From Eledone cirrhosa (taxonomy: Eukaryota): DNA of 64,000 nucleotides. The position numbers were made by a program, and so were the translations under genes. This document shows, one piece after another, positions 1 to 13,595 of this stretch (its first letter is position 1; each line of letters begins with the position of its first letter). The notes beneath the pieces were generated by a model. The model was not told where the DNA came from. It ran no database searches and was given only the letters and a program-made list of their open reading frames with translations. The stretch spans positions 21,700,001-21,764,000 of the forward strand of contig OZ024747.1 of the NCBI GenBank assembly GCA_964016885.1. The letters run 5' to 3'.

Positions 1-44
<44 letters not shown>

Positions 45-324
45 CCTGTTTGACATATATATCATTGCAGTCATAAAATTTCTTTATAGACTAAATTATA
101 GGAGCGTTTATCTTCTGATAAGGAGACAATAAAATAATCTCTAAAATGCACAAAGATAATCTCATAATTTTTTTTCTGTATATGAAAGAATACTGAAAAG
201 TGTTTACACTTCTTACTTTTCACACCATTATTAAATTTACTTTAAATCTTCTTATATGTTGTTCTCTAACTATAAATAAAACATAGGTATTTATTATTTT
301 CGGTGAAAGATAGAGAGAAATCAA

Positions 325-659
325 TTGAGCATGCTGTGATGGATGTGTAATGGTAATGTCTATGAATCATAAAACACGGGTAAGCAGACAGAAAAACTGG
401 AATTAAATATGCAGTGTGCAAGAAAAAACAACTGTGCTGGAATGGACATTAGATGAAGTGCCAGGAGATCTCAGTGGAAGGAAGCTGTACTAGAGGAAGA
501 CTGAGGAAAACCTGAGCAGAAGTGGTGAGAGCTGATCTCAAAATGATGGACCTCACAGAGATAATTATAAAGGAACACAAGTGGAGGGAAACTATGCTGG
601 AGAACACCTGTCTAACCTATGCAAGATGGAAAACATGTAAAGTGTTGCTGCTGCTGATA

Positions 660-660
<1 letters not shown>
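325..660 (+). mobile_element. RTE-clade LINE 3' fragment
   Basis: Degenerate WNGH...[20 protein letters not shown]...KWR C-terminus, plus the catgcaagatggaaaa-type tail shared with local SINEs. Confidence 0.65.
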
Positions 661-1340
<680 letters not shown>

Positions 1341-1467
1341 GAGTCCTGGGTTTAATCATGGGTAACCACAGTAAGTAAGGTACTCAATACATTTCCTGAT
1401 GATTTCCTCTAAATGAAACAGTTCTAGTTCTGCAGTTTCTATATTAAATTTCATATATATATATATA

Positions 1468-1511
<44 letters not shown>

Positions 1512-1873
1512 GTGTATGTGTGTCTATATATGTATATTTGTATATATATATTTGTATATATATATATTTGTGTATATATAAATGAAACTGAATTAGAAGA
1601 TTTCACCTAAATAAAATATAGTCTAATAATAACTGGGTGTACCATCCTACCAAAAGACAGGCATCAGTGCACGTGGGTGCTGATGCCTGTCTTTTTCCGT
1701 TCTGTGGGCTTATATGCTCTGTTACCATTCGACTACTTTTAGTCAAATTTGCAACAAAATCTTCTAATTCAATTTCAATTTCCACTTCGCATTTTCTAAA
1801 CCCACGTACTTTATATATACATATATATACACAATATATTAATAAATGGAAACTATATTTATAAAACCATAAT

Positions 1874-1938
1874 TATTTTATTATATATATTTCAAGGGCG
1901 CCCAAGCCAATCTTGGTGCGCTTTCATCAGATAAAATA
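1874..1938 (-). ncRNA. Minimal type I hammerhead ribozyme motif (Penelope-like element type)
   Basis: - strand: TATTTTAT-CTGATGA-[stem II, ccaag/cttgg core]-GAAA-TATATAT-A-ATAAAATA. Perfect 8-bp stem I, intact core, 2-bp stem III with palindromic AUAU loop, AUA cleavage triplet. Confidence 0.65.
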
Positions 1939-2022
1939 CAAAATTTGTTTTATAAATAGTGACATAACCATGGAAAACAACCTTGACGGTTGAAAATTCG
2001 ATATATATGGTGCAATACTTGG

Positions 2023-2067
<45 letters not shown>

Positions 2068-2437
2068 AAAAGAGTCAGGACCCCGACGGCTGAGCTCCAG
2101 CCATTTCTACAGCTAGGTCTGAACTCACTCTATTACCAACTCTACTACCCTAAGTATCGAGTACTCTGGTGCATTATGGTCCACCTGGTTCCTTACCACA
2201 CTTCCTTCGTTATATATATATATATATAAATACATATACTGATGATGATGATACATACAAGTGTTTAAAGCCATTTTCCTCCTAAAGTAGAAGTTAGCCT
2301 TACAAGGCCCCATGGCAGGTTTCATGTTCATTATAGTCCTTGTGAAACAATGTTTTACAGCTGGATGCCCTTCCTGATGTTAATCCATTTACTACATACA
2401 GGGAAACAGTGTACCTATTCTAAACCAGATACACACA

Positions 2438-2478
<41 letters not shown>

Positions 2479-2605
2479 AAAGTTCTATTTAAATTGTTGG
2501 GATACAACAAGCAAATATTTTTATAACTGATATAAAGCACTCAACAAGTATTTGGAGTAAACATACGATATTAACAAATGGAAACTATATTTATAAAACC
2601 ATATT

Positions 2606-2670
2606 TATTTCATTATACATATTTGAAGGACACCAAGTTAAATTATGGTGTGCTTTCATCAGACAAAATA
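2606..2670 (-). ncRNA. Degenerate copy of the same hammerhead motif (GAAA changed to CAAA)
   Basis: TATTTTGT-CTGATGA-...-CAAA-TATGTAT-A-ATGAAATA within a diverged repeat of the 1830-1990 module. Confidence 0.45.
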
Positions 2671-2862
2671 TAATATAGATCAGTTTTATAAATAAATATT
2701 GACATACCCTTAAAAAATGCAACCATTACTGTTGGAAGCTCCCGGATAGTGGAGTTGTTTACTTATATTATTATTAGTATTGGATATTTTTATTTTTAAA
2801 ATAAGCCATTGGGTTACAGAGAAAGAAAAAGAAGGAGAGAGAGAAAAAAAGAGAGAGAGAGA

Positions 2863-2900
<38 letters not shown>

Positions 2901-3097
2901 GAAAAAAACGAGGAAGTTTCGTTGACATATGAAAAATATTTATTGCATATCAACCTGTTACGCGCGTTTCATATGTAAATAAAACTTCCTCGTTTTTTCT
3001 ATTATATACACTCTGCTTGTGCATAGTGCTTGATTTGGTACCAACACCAGTATTTCACCGTACTACCTGCACCATATATATATATATATATATATAT

Positions 3098-3409
3098 ATT
3101 GTTATACTTTGGGAGGGTCATGTTGCCAATAAGAAACACACGCACCAGTTGCTTTCACTTCAATTTATTATAATAAATTTATAAATTTAGGAATTTATAA
3201 ATTTCCGGTTGGTTTGTTGGTTCCACAACCAGATGGTTGTTTATATATTGCCAAAGTTCTTTCGTCACACATTCTGTGACCTCTTCAGTGACTGGGGATT
3301 CTTTTCTTTGTTTTTGTGCCTCTCCTTTGTTCTGTCCTACGCCATCTTGTTTCTGCGTGTTTCAACACACGTTTTTAGATAAAGAATCTTGCTAAACAAA
3401 TTCAGAAAC

Positions 3410-3410
<1 letters not shown>
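3098..3410 (-). mobile_element. Short Penelope-like module in (TA)n with hammerhead-like core at 3250-3292
   Basis: - strand CTGAAGA-G-GTCACA/TGTGAC-GAAA. Near-identical copy at 13134-13385; related inverted pieces at 12740-12850 and 13387-13595. Confidence 0.55.
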
Positions 3411-3445
<35 letters not shown>

Positions 3446-3493
3446 TATATACACATATATATATATATATATACACATATATATTCACATAGC

Positions 3494-3539
<46 letters not shown>

Positions 3540-5824
3540 ATGTTGTAAGGGTAACACTAGAGAGAGAGAGATTGTGTGTGCCATCAATAAAACAGGGAAA
3601 ACCACCAGTGTATGGAATCTATAATTTACAGGGGATAACGAGAGTCTATGGCTCCATTAATTTATCGTGATATATATATATATATCATGTGTATTCAGTT
3701 TAAATAAATACACCATATCCATGTATGTAGTAAGGAGTGATTAAAAGCATATGTGTCAAGGAGGGTATCTAGCCCATAAAACATTGCATCAAAAAGTCCC
3801 GTCCAACCCATGCCAGCATGAAAAAGTCAACATAAAAATGATGATGATGATGATAATGATACACACAGACACACACGTTTATTTTCAAGTATATATGTAT
3901 ACTTAAAAATAAAGATATAATGTATTTATTGGTTCTAGATTTCAGTTTTATCTATTTCAAGTTGTCTAATTTGTATAGGGTTTCTTCATTCTCTGAAATT
4001 CGTGATCATCTTATAAGATTATGCTGGGTTTACAATTTCCTGTTTAATCTGATGCTAAAGAACTAAAGAAAATAATAGCAGTCTACTGACTTGCTTCATT
4101 ACTGCAATAATTTTACTTAACATTCTATATTTGAAATAAGAGCTTTGAATATATTTGCTACATTCAAATCTTTCTATATCCTTTTAATGCTTTCCTGACT
4201 TCCAAATTACATTATGCTCTAATTAATTGAAGGTCAAAAGGCAAAGAACTGGATTAAATGCTTTTGTTTGAGAAGGATGAGGGTATTTAGTTCTGACCCT
4301 CTGTTTTCTGAATTTAAATCTGCTCAAGGTCAGCGTTTCTTTTCATCCTTCCTTTTAGGATTAATAAAATTAGTATAGGTTGTTGTTGTTGTTGTTTAGA
4401 CTCCACATCAGCCATGATTAATGATGAAAGGTGTTCCAGCCATAGCTATCATAGCATTCATATAACCAGGAGAAGTTTCGGAGCCGGACACACTTTGCTT
4501 ATACTTATTCTGGTATTTCTAGTTCAGAAAAGTATTTCTCATTTTACAACATCTTCATTATTTAACATTTGTCTTCCATGCTAGCAAGAGTTTGACGAGT
4601 CTTCACAGAGTTGGTACTCAAGCAAAGTTAGTGACCTCTCAGATGGACATGGGATCTGTATCTCACTTACTTACATTGCTGCACTCTATCAAGTGCTCAA
4701 ATGTGCACTAAGGAGGTTATCATGTCTTTGACACAGCTGAAGAGTCTTCCTGGTCCTTGGTTTGACAGGTTTTCTATGGCTGGGTACCCTTCCTATCACC
4801 AACCACTTTACAGAGTGTACTTGGTGCATTTATGTAGGAAGGTTGTCATGTCTTTGAGACAACTGAAGAGTGCTTTCAGCCCTTTGTTTCTTCTAAAATA
4901 TATAGAACCTTGTACTATTGCTGTTGTGTAGCTCCAGGTATTCCTTTATCAAGCAACCTATGATATGTGGCATTGAAATCACAACTATCCCAGCCCCCTG
5001 TTTTTCAGGCATTACCCAGCAGTACTTTATCAAATAGATATTTTTAAATATAGTAAAGTTTTCTTTATGGGAGATTTGTCTGCTATTTCTAGCATTAACA
5101 CCTTCATTACCATATTAGTAGGGATTTAGTATAAAAACTTTCACATTATTAACCTAATGCAGGGCAGTGGATTAGCAGTATCAGTAAAACATTGGACAAA
5201 ATGCTTTGCAGTTTTTTAGTTATGACTTTTTATGTTCTGAGTTCAAATCCCACCTTGGTAAATTTTCCCGTTCACCCTTCCAAGACAGTAAAATAAAGTC
5301 CCAGTTAAGTAGTTGCATTGATATAATCAACATTCCCCTTCCACCAAAGAGCCTTGTACCAATATTAGAAACAATTATCAAGCTGTTATTTGATACAAAA
5401 ATTAACAAAGGTTCTCATATAAAATTATACTAGTATAACCACTTTAAAATAAACAGCTTAATATAATAGAACCAAGAGTGGTTTCTGGCAGTGCCTCTGA
5501 GACTAATAAGAAGTGTCTTCCACAATGTAGTGTCTTCCTCATGAGAATGGACAGTAATGGTGTCATTGAAAAATAAACTGATATTTCTTTAGCATTCCTT
5601 TCTACCGAGATTTTACCTAATTTGAAATGTCAATAAACTGCTGAGTTTTTGAATTTAAAAACAAAAAAACTATAGGGAAAACACTTGCAGCTGCGATAAA
5701 ATATTTGAAAGATTCTAAAGGCAGTTTTATTCATTTGTTTAATTTTTTCTAAATATTATTGTTTATTTTATTTCCTTTTCATTGTTTTCTCTTTCCTTTT
5801 TCTTCTTCTTTTTTAGCATTAAGT

Positions 5825-8800
5825 CAGTGGTGGATTAACAATAGTTAAAAGCAAAGTAAGCACGTGCTTAGGGCATCAAAGGAAGACGGGGCACCTCAAA
5901 CATTTTTTATATGATGAATTTACAGTTTAAATTATTAAATTAATTAATTTTATAGCAATTTTCAAAATGAAATAAGAAATGAATAAATTCGGTATAAACA
6001 TAGTTGTTCATTTCAGTTTATTTGTTAAATCTCAGTTTTTCAGATGTTTATCTTTAGAAATTTTTCTGAAACTCCAATGTATTCTGGTTCAATTTTAAAA
6101 TGGCTACATGCTTGTTGAAATGTTTTTTAAGGTTTATGAATATAGCCACCAGCTGAAAGTTTCTTTATAGTCCCAATCCCAACTAACCAAGGTTTATTTT
6201 CTGCTTCTTTTTATTAACAATTCTGTTCATTAGGGTTTATTAGTTTTTTTACAAATTTTTTTTTGAACTTGAACCTTTTAATATTGTAGACTCTATATCA
6301 AAAATAATTGTCATTTGTGTTCTAGATTATCTACTATATAGTATAACTTTTTTATTTCTACATAATTTTTTTATTTGAAAATTTTTTATCTCAACAAACT
6401 CAAGCTTTAATTTTATAACCGTATTTGCTGATTTGGGTTCATACCATCCTTTTTCAAATCTAACCATCAGATCTAATTAACAGATCCCCAAAAAATCTAA
6501 CCATTCAAATCTAATTAACAGATCCCAAAAACCAAGATGAAACGCATTCAGTTAAGTGGGGCACAAAAACGAAAACTTTCAAACAAGAAACAAGAAAAAG
6601 CTTCAGAATTAGATCGCAAGACAGCAAAGCTGACTAAGTTCCACAACATGATTTACAGATTCCAGGTCAAAACCGATATACGTTATCAGAAGTAGACATG
6701 AATACGGCAAATACAACTTTGATTACTTCAGAATCAAAATATGAGGACATTAGAAGATCCAAGATGTCGCAAGCATGTTCATCCAGCACATGTCTCACAA
6801 CTGATCTTACTTTGCCTGTGAATTCTCTTTATTCGGGTACCTCTACTACAAATGATGATAGGGCTCAAATAATTGCTGAAAATAGAAGTTTAGAGCACTG
6901 TGACAATGGCGGTGAAATTAATTTGCCTGTAAAAAATGAAGAAAATTACAATTTAGCGAACGATCCAGGAATGTGGCTTGATTTCTCTGCTAATGATATA
7001 GCTTACTGGATTACTTGTGAACCAGTATTTGTCAACACCACAACGGGCCATTTGAAAAGTCTTGCCGTCATTTTAGTAGTGGCAAACCAGTAAGGTATTG
7101 CTCACAGAAACTTTTTATTGGGACAAAAGCCAATGGTGAAACATACAAGAGAGAGTGGTTACTCTATTCACCATTAAGGGGATCAGTTTATTGTTTTGTT
7201 TGTAAACTGTTTGCTCGTAAAAAAAATTCAATTTTTGTTTCAAGAGAAGGGTTCAGTGATTGGCGCAATACTATTGTAATTGAAAAGCATGAGAAAAGCA
7301 TTATTCACCGAGATTCTTTACTGGCATATTTAACTCGCAGGCAAGGTGCGGGGTTAAAGTCAGATTTGGAGAAACAAATTCATGAAGAGTGCAATTACTG
7401 GGAACACGTATTGAGGCGTGTCGTAGCTGTTATTTGTACGTTAGCTGAATGTGGCTTGCCTTTTCGAGGAAGTGAAGAGAAGTTTGGATCGTTGCAAAAT
7501 GGGAATTTTTTAGGGCTGCTTGAACTCATAGGCCAGTTTATTCCATTTTTAACAGGCCACATTTTTAAATATGGAAATTCTGGAAAAGGAAATCCTTTTT
7601 ACATGTCATAAACCACTATCGAGGAAATTATTCAACTAATGGCACAAAAGCTCCGTGAGTTCATTATTAACGAAGTTAAATCTTCTGGTTATTTTAGTTT
7701 GCCCGTTGATTTAACACCAGATTTATCACATAGCGATCAATTGAGTGTTGTACTTAGGTATTTACAAGATGGACAGCCTACTGAACGATTTTTAACCTTC
7801 ATCATAATAGAAAACCACACTGGCGAGAATATGGTGAACCAGGTGCTGCTGCATTTACGTGAAGCTTGTGGGTTAAATGTTTCAAAATGTAGGGGTCAGA
7901 CTTATGACAATGCGGCTAACATGTCTGGGCATTATAAGGGATGCAGCAAAAGATTTTAGAAACAAACAAGTTTGCTATATATGTGCCCTGTGCAGCTCAT
8001 TCATTAAATCTTGTTGGTCGGAGTGCTGTTGACTGCTGTCAAGAGGCTGTTAATTTTTTCTCTACAGTACAGTTACTCTATAATTTTTTTTCCGCTTCCA
8101 CTAACCGTTGGAAAATTCTCAAAGATTGTATTAAGAATGAATGTGTCTTGAAATCCCTCTCTGATACAAGATGGGAAGCACATGCTATGACAACAGCAGC
8201 AATCTTGAAATCGTTCCCTGAGATTTCCGAGGCATTAGAATATATAGCCGAAGATCAATCACAAAAGGGAAACTCTAGAAGAGAGGCAAATAATATTGTT
8301 GATAAGATGCAAGAGCTAGAATTCGTTTTTATGTTGATTTTTTGGAAGAGAGTTTTTGCAGAATTTTCACAGAGTAAGCAAAGTTCTACAAAATGAGGAT
8401 GCGAACTTAAAGACATGTACAGATCTCTATGTATCATTAGCTGACCAACTGAACACCTCACAAGATGAATTTGAAAGATATGAAAAAAAGGCCAAGGAAA
8501 TTCTTCCAGATGTTGATTACAGGACAACTGCAACTCGCAAATGTATTAGAAAAAAAGTACCCAATGACGGAGATACAGCAGAAGTTTATTTAGATACCAG
8601 AGATAAGTTTTGTATCACCACATTTTACACAATTGTTGACAAACTTGCAGCTGGGATGGAAAGAAGAGCAGAGATATACAAAGAAATGGCAGAGAAATTT
8701 TCTTTTCTTAGTGATGTGCCAAATATAGGCGCTCCATCAGCTACTAATATTGAAAGGTATTCTAAGTACTGTCAAAAGTTGATCGATGCTTATCCAGAGG

Positions 8801-9350
8801 ACTTCAATAGTAATTTCTCAGCTGAGCTTCAGCAGTTTCATTTATATGTGTGAAATAAGATGATTAGAACAGAAAATGTAAAAACAAGATTTAATCATGC
8901 TGAATTTTATAAAATTATTGTAAAAGACAATATTGAGTGTACCTTTCCAAATGTAGACATAGCCTTTCATATATTTTTAACATTAATGGTTACTAACTGC
9001 TCATCGGAGCGTTCATTTTCATGGTTGAAATATATTAAAAATCCCTTCAGAACAACTATGCAACAATACAGGCTGGATGCTTTATCCCTATTGTGTTTAG
9101 AAGCAGATGTGTTATGCAAGATTGGTTACGAGGATCTGATCAAAGACTTTGCAAGAAAAAAAAGCAGGAAAAAATTATTCAATAAATAAAATTATTTTCT
9201 CTCTTTCTGTATGTTTTGCTTTATTTTGAAATTTCAAAAAATAAAACTTTAATTTACCATATATTATTGTTTATGTTTTGATCTACAAATGTATGGGGGC
9301 ACCAAAATGTTTTAGTGCTTAGGGCCTCTAAGGGTTTTAATCCGGCCCTG
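5825..9350 (+). mobile_element. Full-length hAT DNA transposon (ZMYM1/DUF4371-type), decayed
   Basis: Perfect 8-bp TSD CATTAAGT (5817-5824, 9351-9358). Imperfect TIRs CAGTGGTGGATTAA and TTAATCCGGCCCTG. Subterminal GTGCTTAGGGC and GGGGCACC at both ends. Confidence 0.95.
6537..9189 (+). pseudogene. hAT transposase pseudogene (ZnF-TTF, DUF4371, hATC dimerisation)
   Basis: Begins MKRIQLSGAQKRKL. Fragments include WLLYS..VYCFVCKLF, LPFRG..NGNFLGLLEL, CRGQTYDNAANMSG, YVPCAAHSLNL, SDTRW and VTNCSSERSFS. Several frameshifts and internal stops. Confidence 0.92.
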
Positions 9351-9545
9351 CATTAAGTATAATACTTTATGATATCTGGTTGTACTGGCTATGTCTCCTT
9401 ATGTTCTGAGTTCATTGATAAAATAAATACCAGTCAACTACTGATGAGGGTAAAAATAGGTGGGTAGTCTAATCAACTATATATATATATATATATAATA
9501 ATAATAGTAATAAACGTAAGATATATACTTTATATCATCTCTATT

Positions 9546-9623
9546 TATTTCATTATATATATTTCAAAGATGCACAGTTTTATGTATATCATAAACCAAA
9601 ACATGTCCTCTTCAGACAAAATA
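9546..9623 (-). ncRNA. Third copy of the hammerhead motif, long divergent stem II
   Basis: TATTTTGT-CTGAAGA-...-GAAA-TATATAT-A-ATGAAATA; the module is flanked by (TA)n. Confidence 0.5.
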
Positions 9624-10000
9624 CATATGAAATGTATAATTTTGTTTATGATATGTTGGTAGACAAACGAGCTGGACAGATTGGTGACCACCAAGCATAT
9701 ATATATATATATATATATATATAGTATGGACATTATGAAACAAAATGGAGAATAAAAACTAAGTGACATAAAGTAAAGAATTTGTTTTAACCCTTTTGAT
9801 ACCAAACTGCCTCTGGTTCTACAATATAAAACTATAAAACCTTCCGTCATGATTTTATGTAAGAATCTTTGTTAAATTTAAAGAAACAGTAGACACACCT
9901 ATCGTTGTCTTATAGCGTGTGTGTGTTGATGTTCTCTCCTTTACACTCACTACCCCCATCTCTCTAGCTCTCCCCATCTCTCACTATTATAAGCAAATGG

Positions 10001-10183
10001 GCGGTGGATTGGCAGTATCGGTAGAGGGTCGGACGCCATGCTTTCCAGCATAGTTACGTCCCTTTACGATCTGAGTTCAAATCCCGCCGAGGTTGACTTT
10101 GCCTTTCATCCTTACGGGGTCGATAAAATAAAGTACCAGTAATGCACTGGGTAATTGCTGGCCTTGTGCCTAAAGTAGAAACA
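10001..10183 (+). mobile_element. Young tRNA-derived CORE-SINE, full length, with TSD
   Basis: A/B-box-like head (TGGCAGTATCGG, GAGTTCAAATCC), CORE GCCTTTCATCCTTACGGGGTCGATAAAATAAAGTACCAG, ~19-bp TSD ACTATTATAAGCAAATGGG. Confidence 0.9.
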
Positions 10184-10778
10184 ACTATTATAAGCAAATG
10201 GGAACCCACACCCTGGTCGCCCCTGCAGTCCTGGCAGATAAACAGCTTAATAATGAGAAAGTTAATTATATTATCAAACTCCACAAAATAATATGAAAGT
10301 AATAGGGAGTGCCTTTTTGTTAGAAATATAGTAATGTAAGAATTTTTATTAAGTTATGTTTGAGACACCAGATATATAATGAGAGAGTTAGATATGTAAC
10401 TAAATACCCACCAGATTCTTGATTATTTTCTAAATCATAGGGAGTGTTTTTCATTAGATATATATAGTAACAAAAGTGTTAAATCTCCTGTTTTTTGTTA
10501 TATATGATTCTTTTGTACCATGTTCTTCAATGAAGACCAAAATATTACAAAGTTTTTAATGAGGAGTACAATAGTAAATATTGAATGTAAAACATAGACC
10601 CATAACTCATGATGAAGTTTTAGAGGTGTTGTAGGGACATACAGCATATCATGAGCATTTTAAACCTGGTCCAAACACAGTTGATTACTTTCAGAGAAGG
10701 GGAGAGATAAAGAGGAAGTGAGAAAGAAATATAGAGGAAGACTCAACCCTATTACTTGACTGGTACTTGACCTTGGTA

Positions 10779-11000
10779 TGTGGTTAGAATGTCTCAGGAA
10801 ATAATCGCTGAACAGATTTTACAGAAAAACCAATGAGTAGGAAACCCAGGAGTAGATCCCGAGCAAGATGGTTGGATAACATCCATTAACTTAGCTGGTC
10901 TCGCTTAGGGATACAGCTGGATCAGTTGGAGACAGTTGCTTCTGACAGGAAGGAGTGTTTGAAGACTCTGCTCCCATGATCTTCTCAGGAATAAGTGGGC
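10779..11000 (+). mobile_element. RTE-clade LINE 3' fragment
   Basis: Degenerate VVRMSQE...KPRSRSRARWLDNIH...SWSRLGI...VASDRKE; related piece on - strand at ~59900-60120 inside RNF11 intron. Confidence 0.7.
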
Positions 11001-11149
11001 AAAGAAGAAGAGTGAAGGGCAATGCTGACCTCAGTAGATTTTGAACTTAAAGTGCAGAGAGCCAGAATGAATACTGCAAAGCATTCGATCCAACATTTTA
11101 ATGACTCTAATTCACTGCTTATACTAATAAACATTGCTACCTGCTTTAA

Positions 11150-11370
11150 CCCTTTAGCATTTAAACTGGCCGTATCCAGCCAGAATTCTCTCACCTCTTT
11201 CCGTTCAAACCAGCTGTAACCAGCCGTTCATACTAATGTTAAGGTATTGTTCCCAAAATAAATAACATCAAGATCTCATAGATTTGATATTATATGAGAT
11301 AATTATGTTAGATAAAACCTTTACCATAAAAATACAATAGTATATATAGAGAAATGTAAATGCTAAAGAG
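11150..11370. mobile_element. TTAA-flanked piggyBac-type MITE (CCCTTTAGCATTTA...TAAATGCTAAAGGG)
   Basis: TIRs plus TTAA TSD. Other copies at 14790-14966, 18442-18649, 29556-29749, 31635-31837, 40325-40571, 42657-42796 and 53093-53278. Confidence 0.85.
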
Positions 11371-13068
11371 TTAAATGGTATTGTTTCAGAGATGCCTGCC
11401 AAGACAGACACATACACACACATACATGTGTCTGGTGGGCTTCCCCACAGTTTCTAACTACCAAAAGCATTGAGCTACTCACAGCTATAGAAGAAGACAC
11501 ATACCCAAGGTACCACACAGGGGTAGTTGAATTACAAACCATCTGGTTACTAAGTTAAATTCTTAACCATATATATATAAAATGAAAGGAACTGCCATTG
11601 AGTCATTTTACTGTTAGTTGTTCGTTGTTGTTACTGTTTTTGTTTATTTATTGTTTCTTTAATTTTTATTAAAAAGCAAAGAGGAGGGGTTACAAGATAC
11701 CCTACTAAAATATTTAGTATAGCAGACATTGTAATTTTATCATCTAAAATACACATGTAATGTAAACTGAAAAAATAGTACTTTAGTTTATACTGCAACT
11801 CCCTTTCTTTCTTTCTTTCCTGTTTCTCTTTTTGTTTTCATTATTTTTCTTCTTTTTTTAAATCTTATATTTTTTTCCTCCTTCCCTCTTTGTGTCTCTG
11901 TTTCATTTTTTTGCCTTTTTATTTATCTTTCTTCTATGTCTTTCTCTCTTTCTGTTGCTTTTTCTTTACTGTTTTTTATCACGTTTTAAATGCTTATACA
12001 ATAATACCATACTGAAAACAAAAATCACTTAAGTCAACAAATATTATCAAACATAAATTACACACCACCATAATTTTACATCTGTTTTTTTTATACTAAC
12101 ATGGGTTGAACAGGTCTACTCCATCACAGTATCTTGACACTTTTCTCAGTCCATCATAATCTTGCACATACAGGGAGTTAAAGAGTTAAGAAGATTCTTC
12201 TGTTGTGTCAAGGGCACAATAGCCTCGCTAGTGTTGGTAACACTACGCACTGTAAAGTGGTTAGAGATAGGAAGTGCATCCAGTCATAGAAAACTTTACC
12301 AGACCAAGAGGTCCTTTCAGTTGTTTTAAAGACATGGCAATCTTTCCAGTGCTGGAGGCCACAATAAAATGCACCCAGTGCAACTTGAAGAGTGTAGGAA
12401 CATATAAAAGTGTGATGCAGTCACTGACCTGTCTAATAGGCTACTAGCTCTGATTAAGTACTTGCTTGGCCTGTGACAGCACATCCAATCCTTGCAAACA
12501 GGGAAAACAGATATTAAATGATGACAATGACAATGGCAGTGATGATGATGTTGATAAATTACATGCCATCAAAATTTTACATCTGTTTTTCTATTCTAGC
12601 ATGAAGTGGACAAGTCTTCTCCATCAAAATAACAACTTAGACACTGAGGAGGTCATAGAATGTGTGATGAAAGAGCTTTGACAATCAACAAATAAGCAGC
12701 CATATGGCTATTAAACTAACCAACTGGGAGTTTATAATAAATTGAAGTGAAAACCAACAGGTGCATGTGTTTTTATTGGCAGTATGACCCTCCCAAAGTA
12801 TAACAATATCTGTTTCAACACACGTTTTCAGATAAGAAATCTTGCAATATATATATATTCTATTCAACTAGCTGTTGAAACGGCAAGAGCCTTCAGGGTC
12901 CTGACTCTTTATAATATAACTATACTCTACTACCCCAAGTATCTAGTTCTCTGGTGAGTAATAGTCTAACCAATTTCAAACTGAATCCATCCTGATTTAT
13001 ATACAAATATCATCATTATCACCGTTTAACGACCATTTTTCTATGCTAGCATGGATATATATAAATAA

Positions 13069-13133
<65 letters not shown>

Positions 13134-13136
<3 letters not shown>

Positions 13137-13595
13137 TGTTATACTTTGGGAGGGTCATGTTGTCAATAAGAAACATGCACCAGTTTCTTTCACTTCAATT
13201 TATTATAATAAATTTATAAATTTAGGAATTTATAAATTTCTGGTTGGTTGGTTGGTTGGTTCCACAACCAGATAGTTGTTTATATATTGTCAAAGTTTTT
13301 TCGTCACACATTCTGTGACCTCTTCAGTGACTGGGGATTCTTTTCTTTGTTTTTGTGCCTCTCCTTTGTTCTGTCCTACGCCATTTTATATAAACAACTA
13401 TCTGGTTGTGGAACCAACCAACCAACCAGAAATTTATAAATTCCTAAATTTATAAATTTATTATAATAAATTGAAGTGAAAGAAACTGGTGCGTGTGTTT
13501 CTTATTGGCAACATGACCCTCCCAAAGTATAACAATATCGGTTTCAACACACGTTTTCAGATAAAGAATCTTGCTAAACAAATTCAGAAACGAAA
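13134..13595. mobile_element. Penelope-like module with ~150-bp inverted arms (13134-13286 and 13387-13537) around a hammerhead-like core
   Basis: Arms are near-perfect reverse complements; spacer holds CTGAAGA...GAAA on - strand (13289-13331); flanked by (TA)n. Confidence 0.6.

Noticed and set aside
10054-10284. Recurrent ORFs ending ...GTLFYRPRKDERQSQPR...
   Set aside because: Antisense translation of the CORE-SINE, not a protein family.
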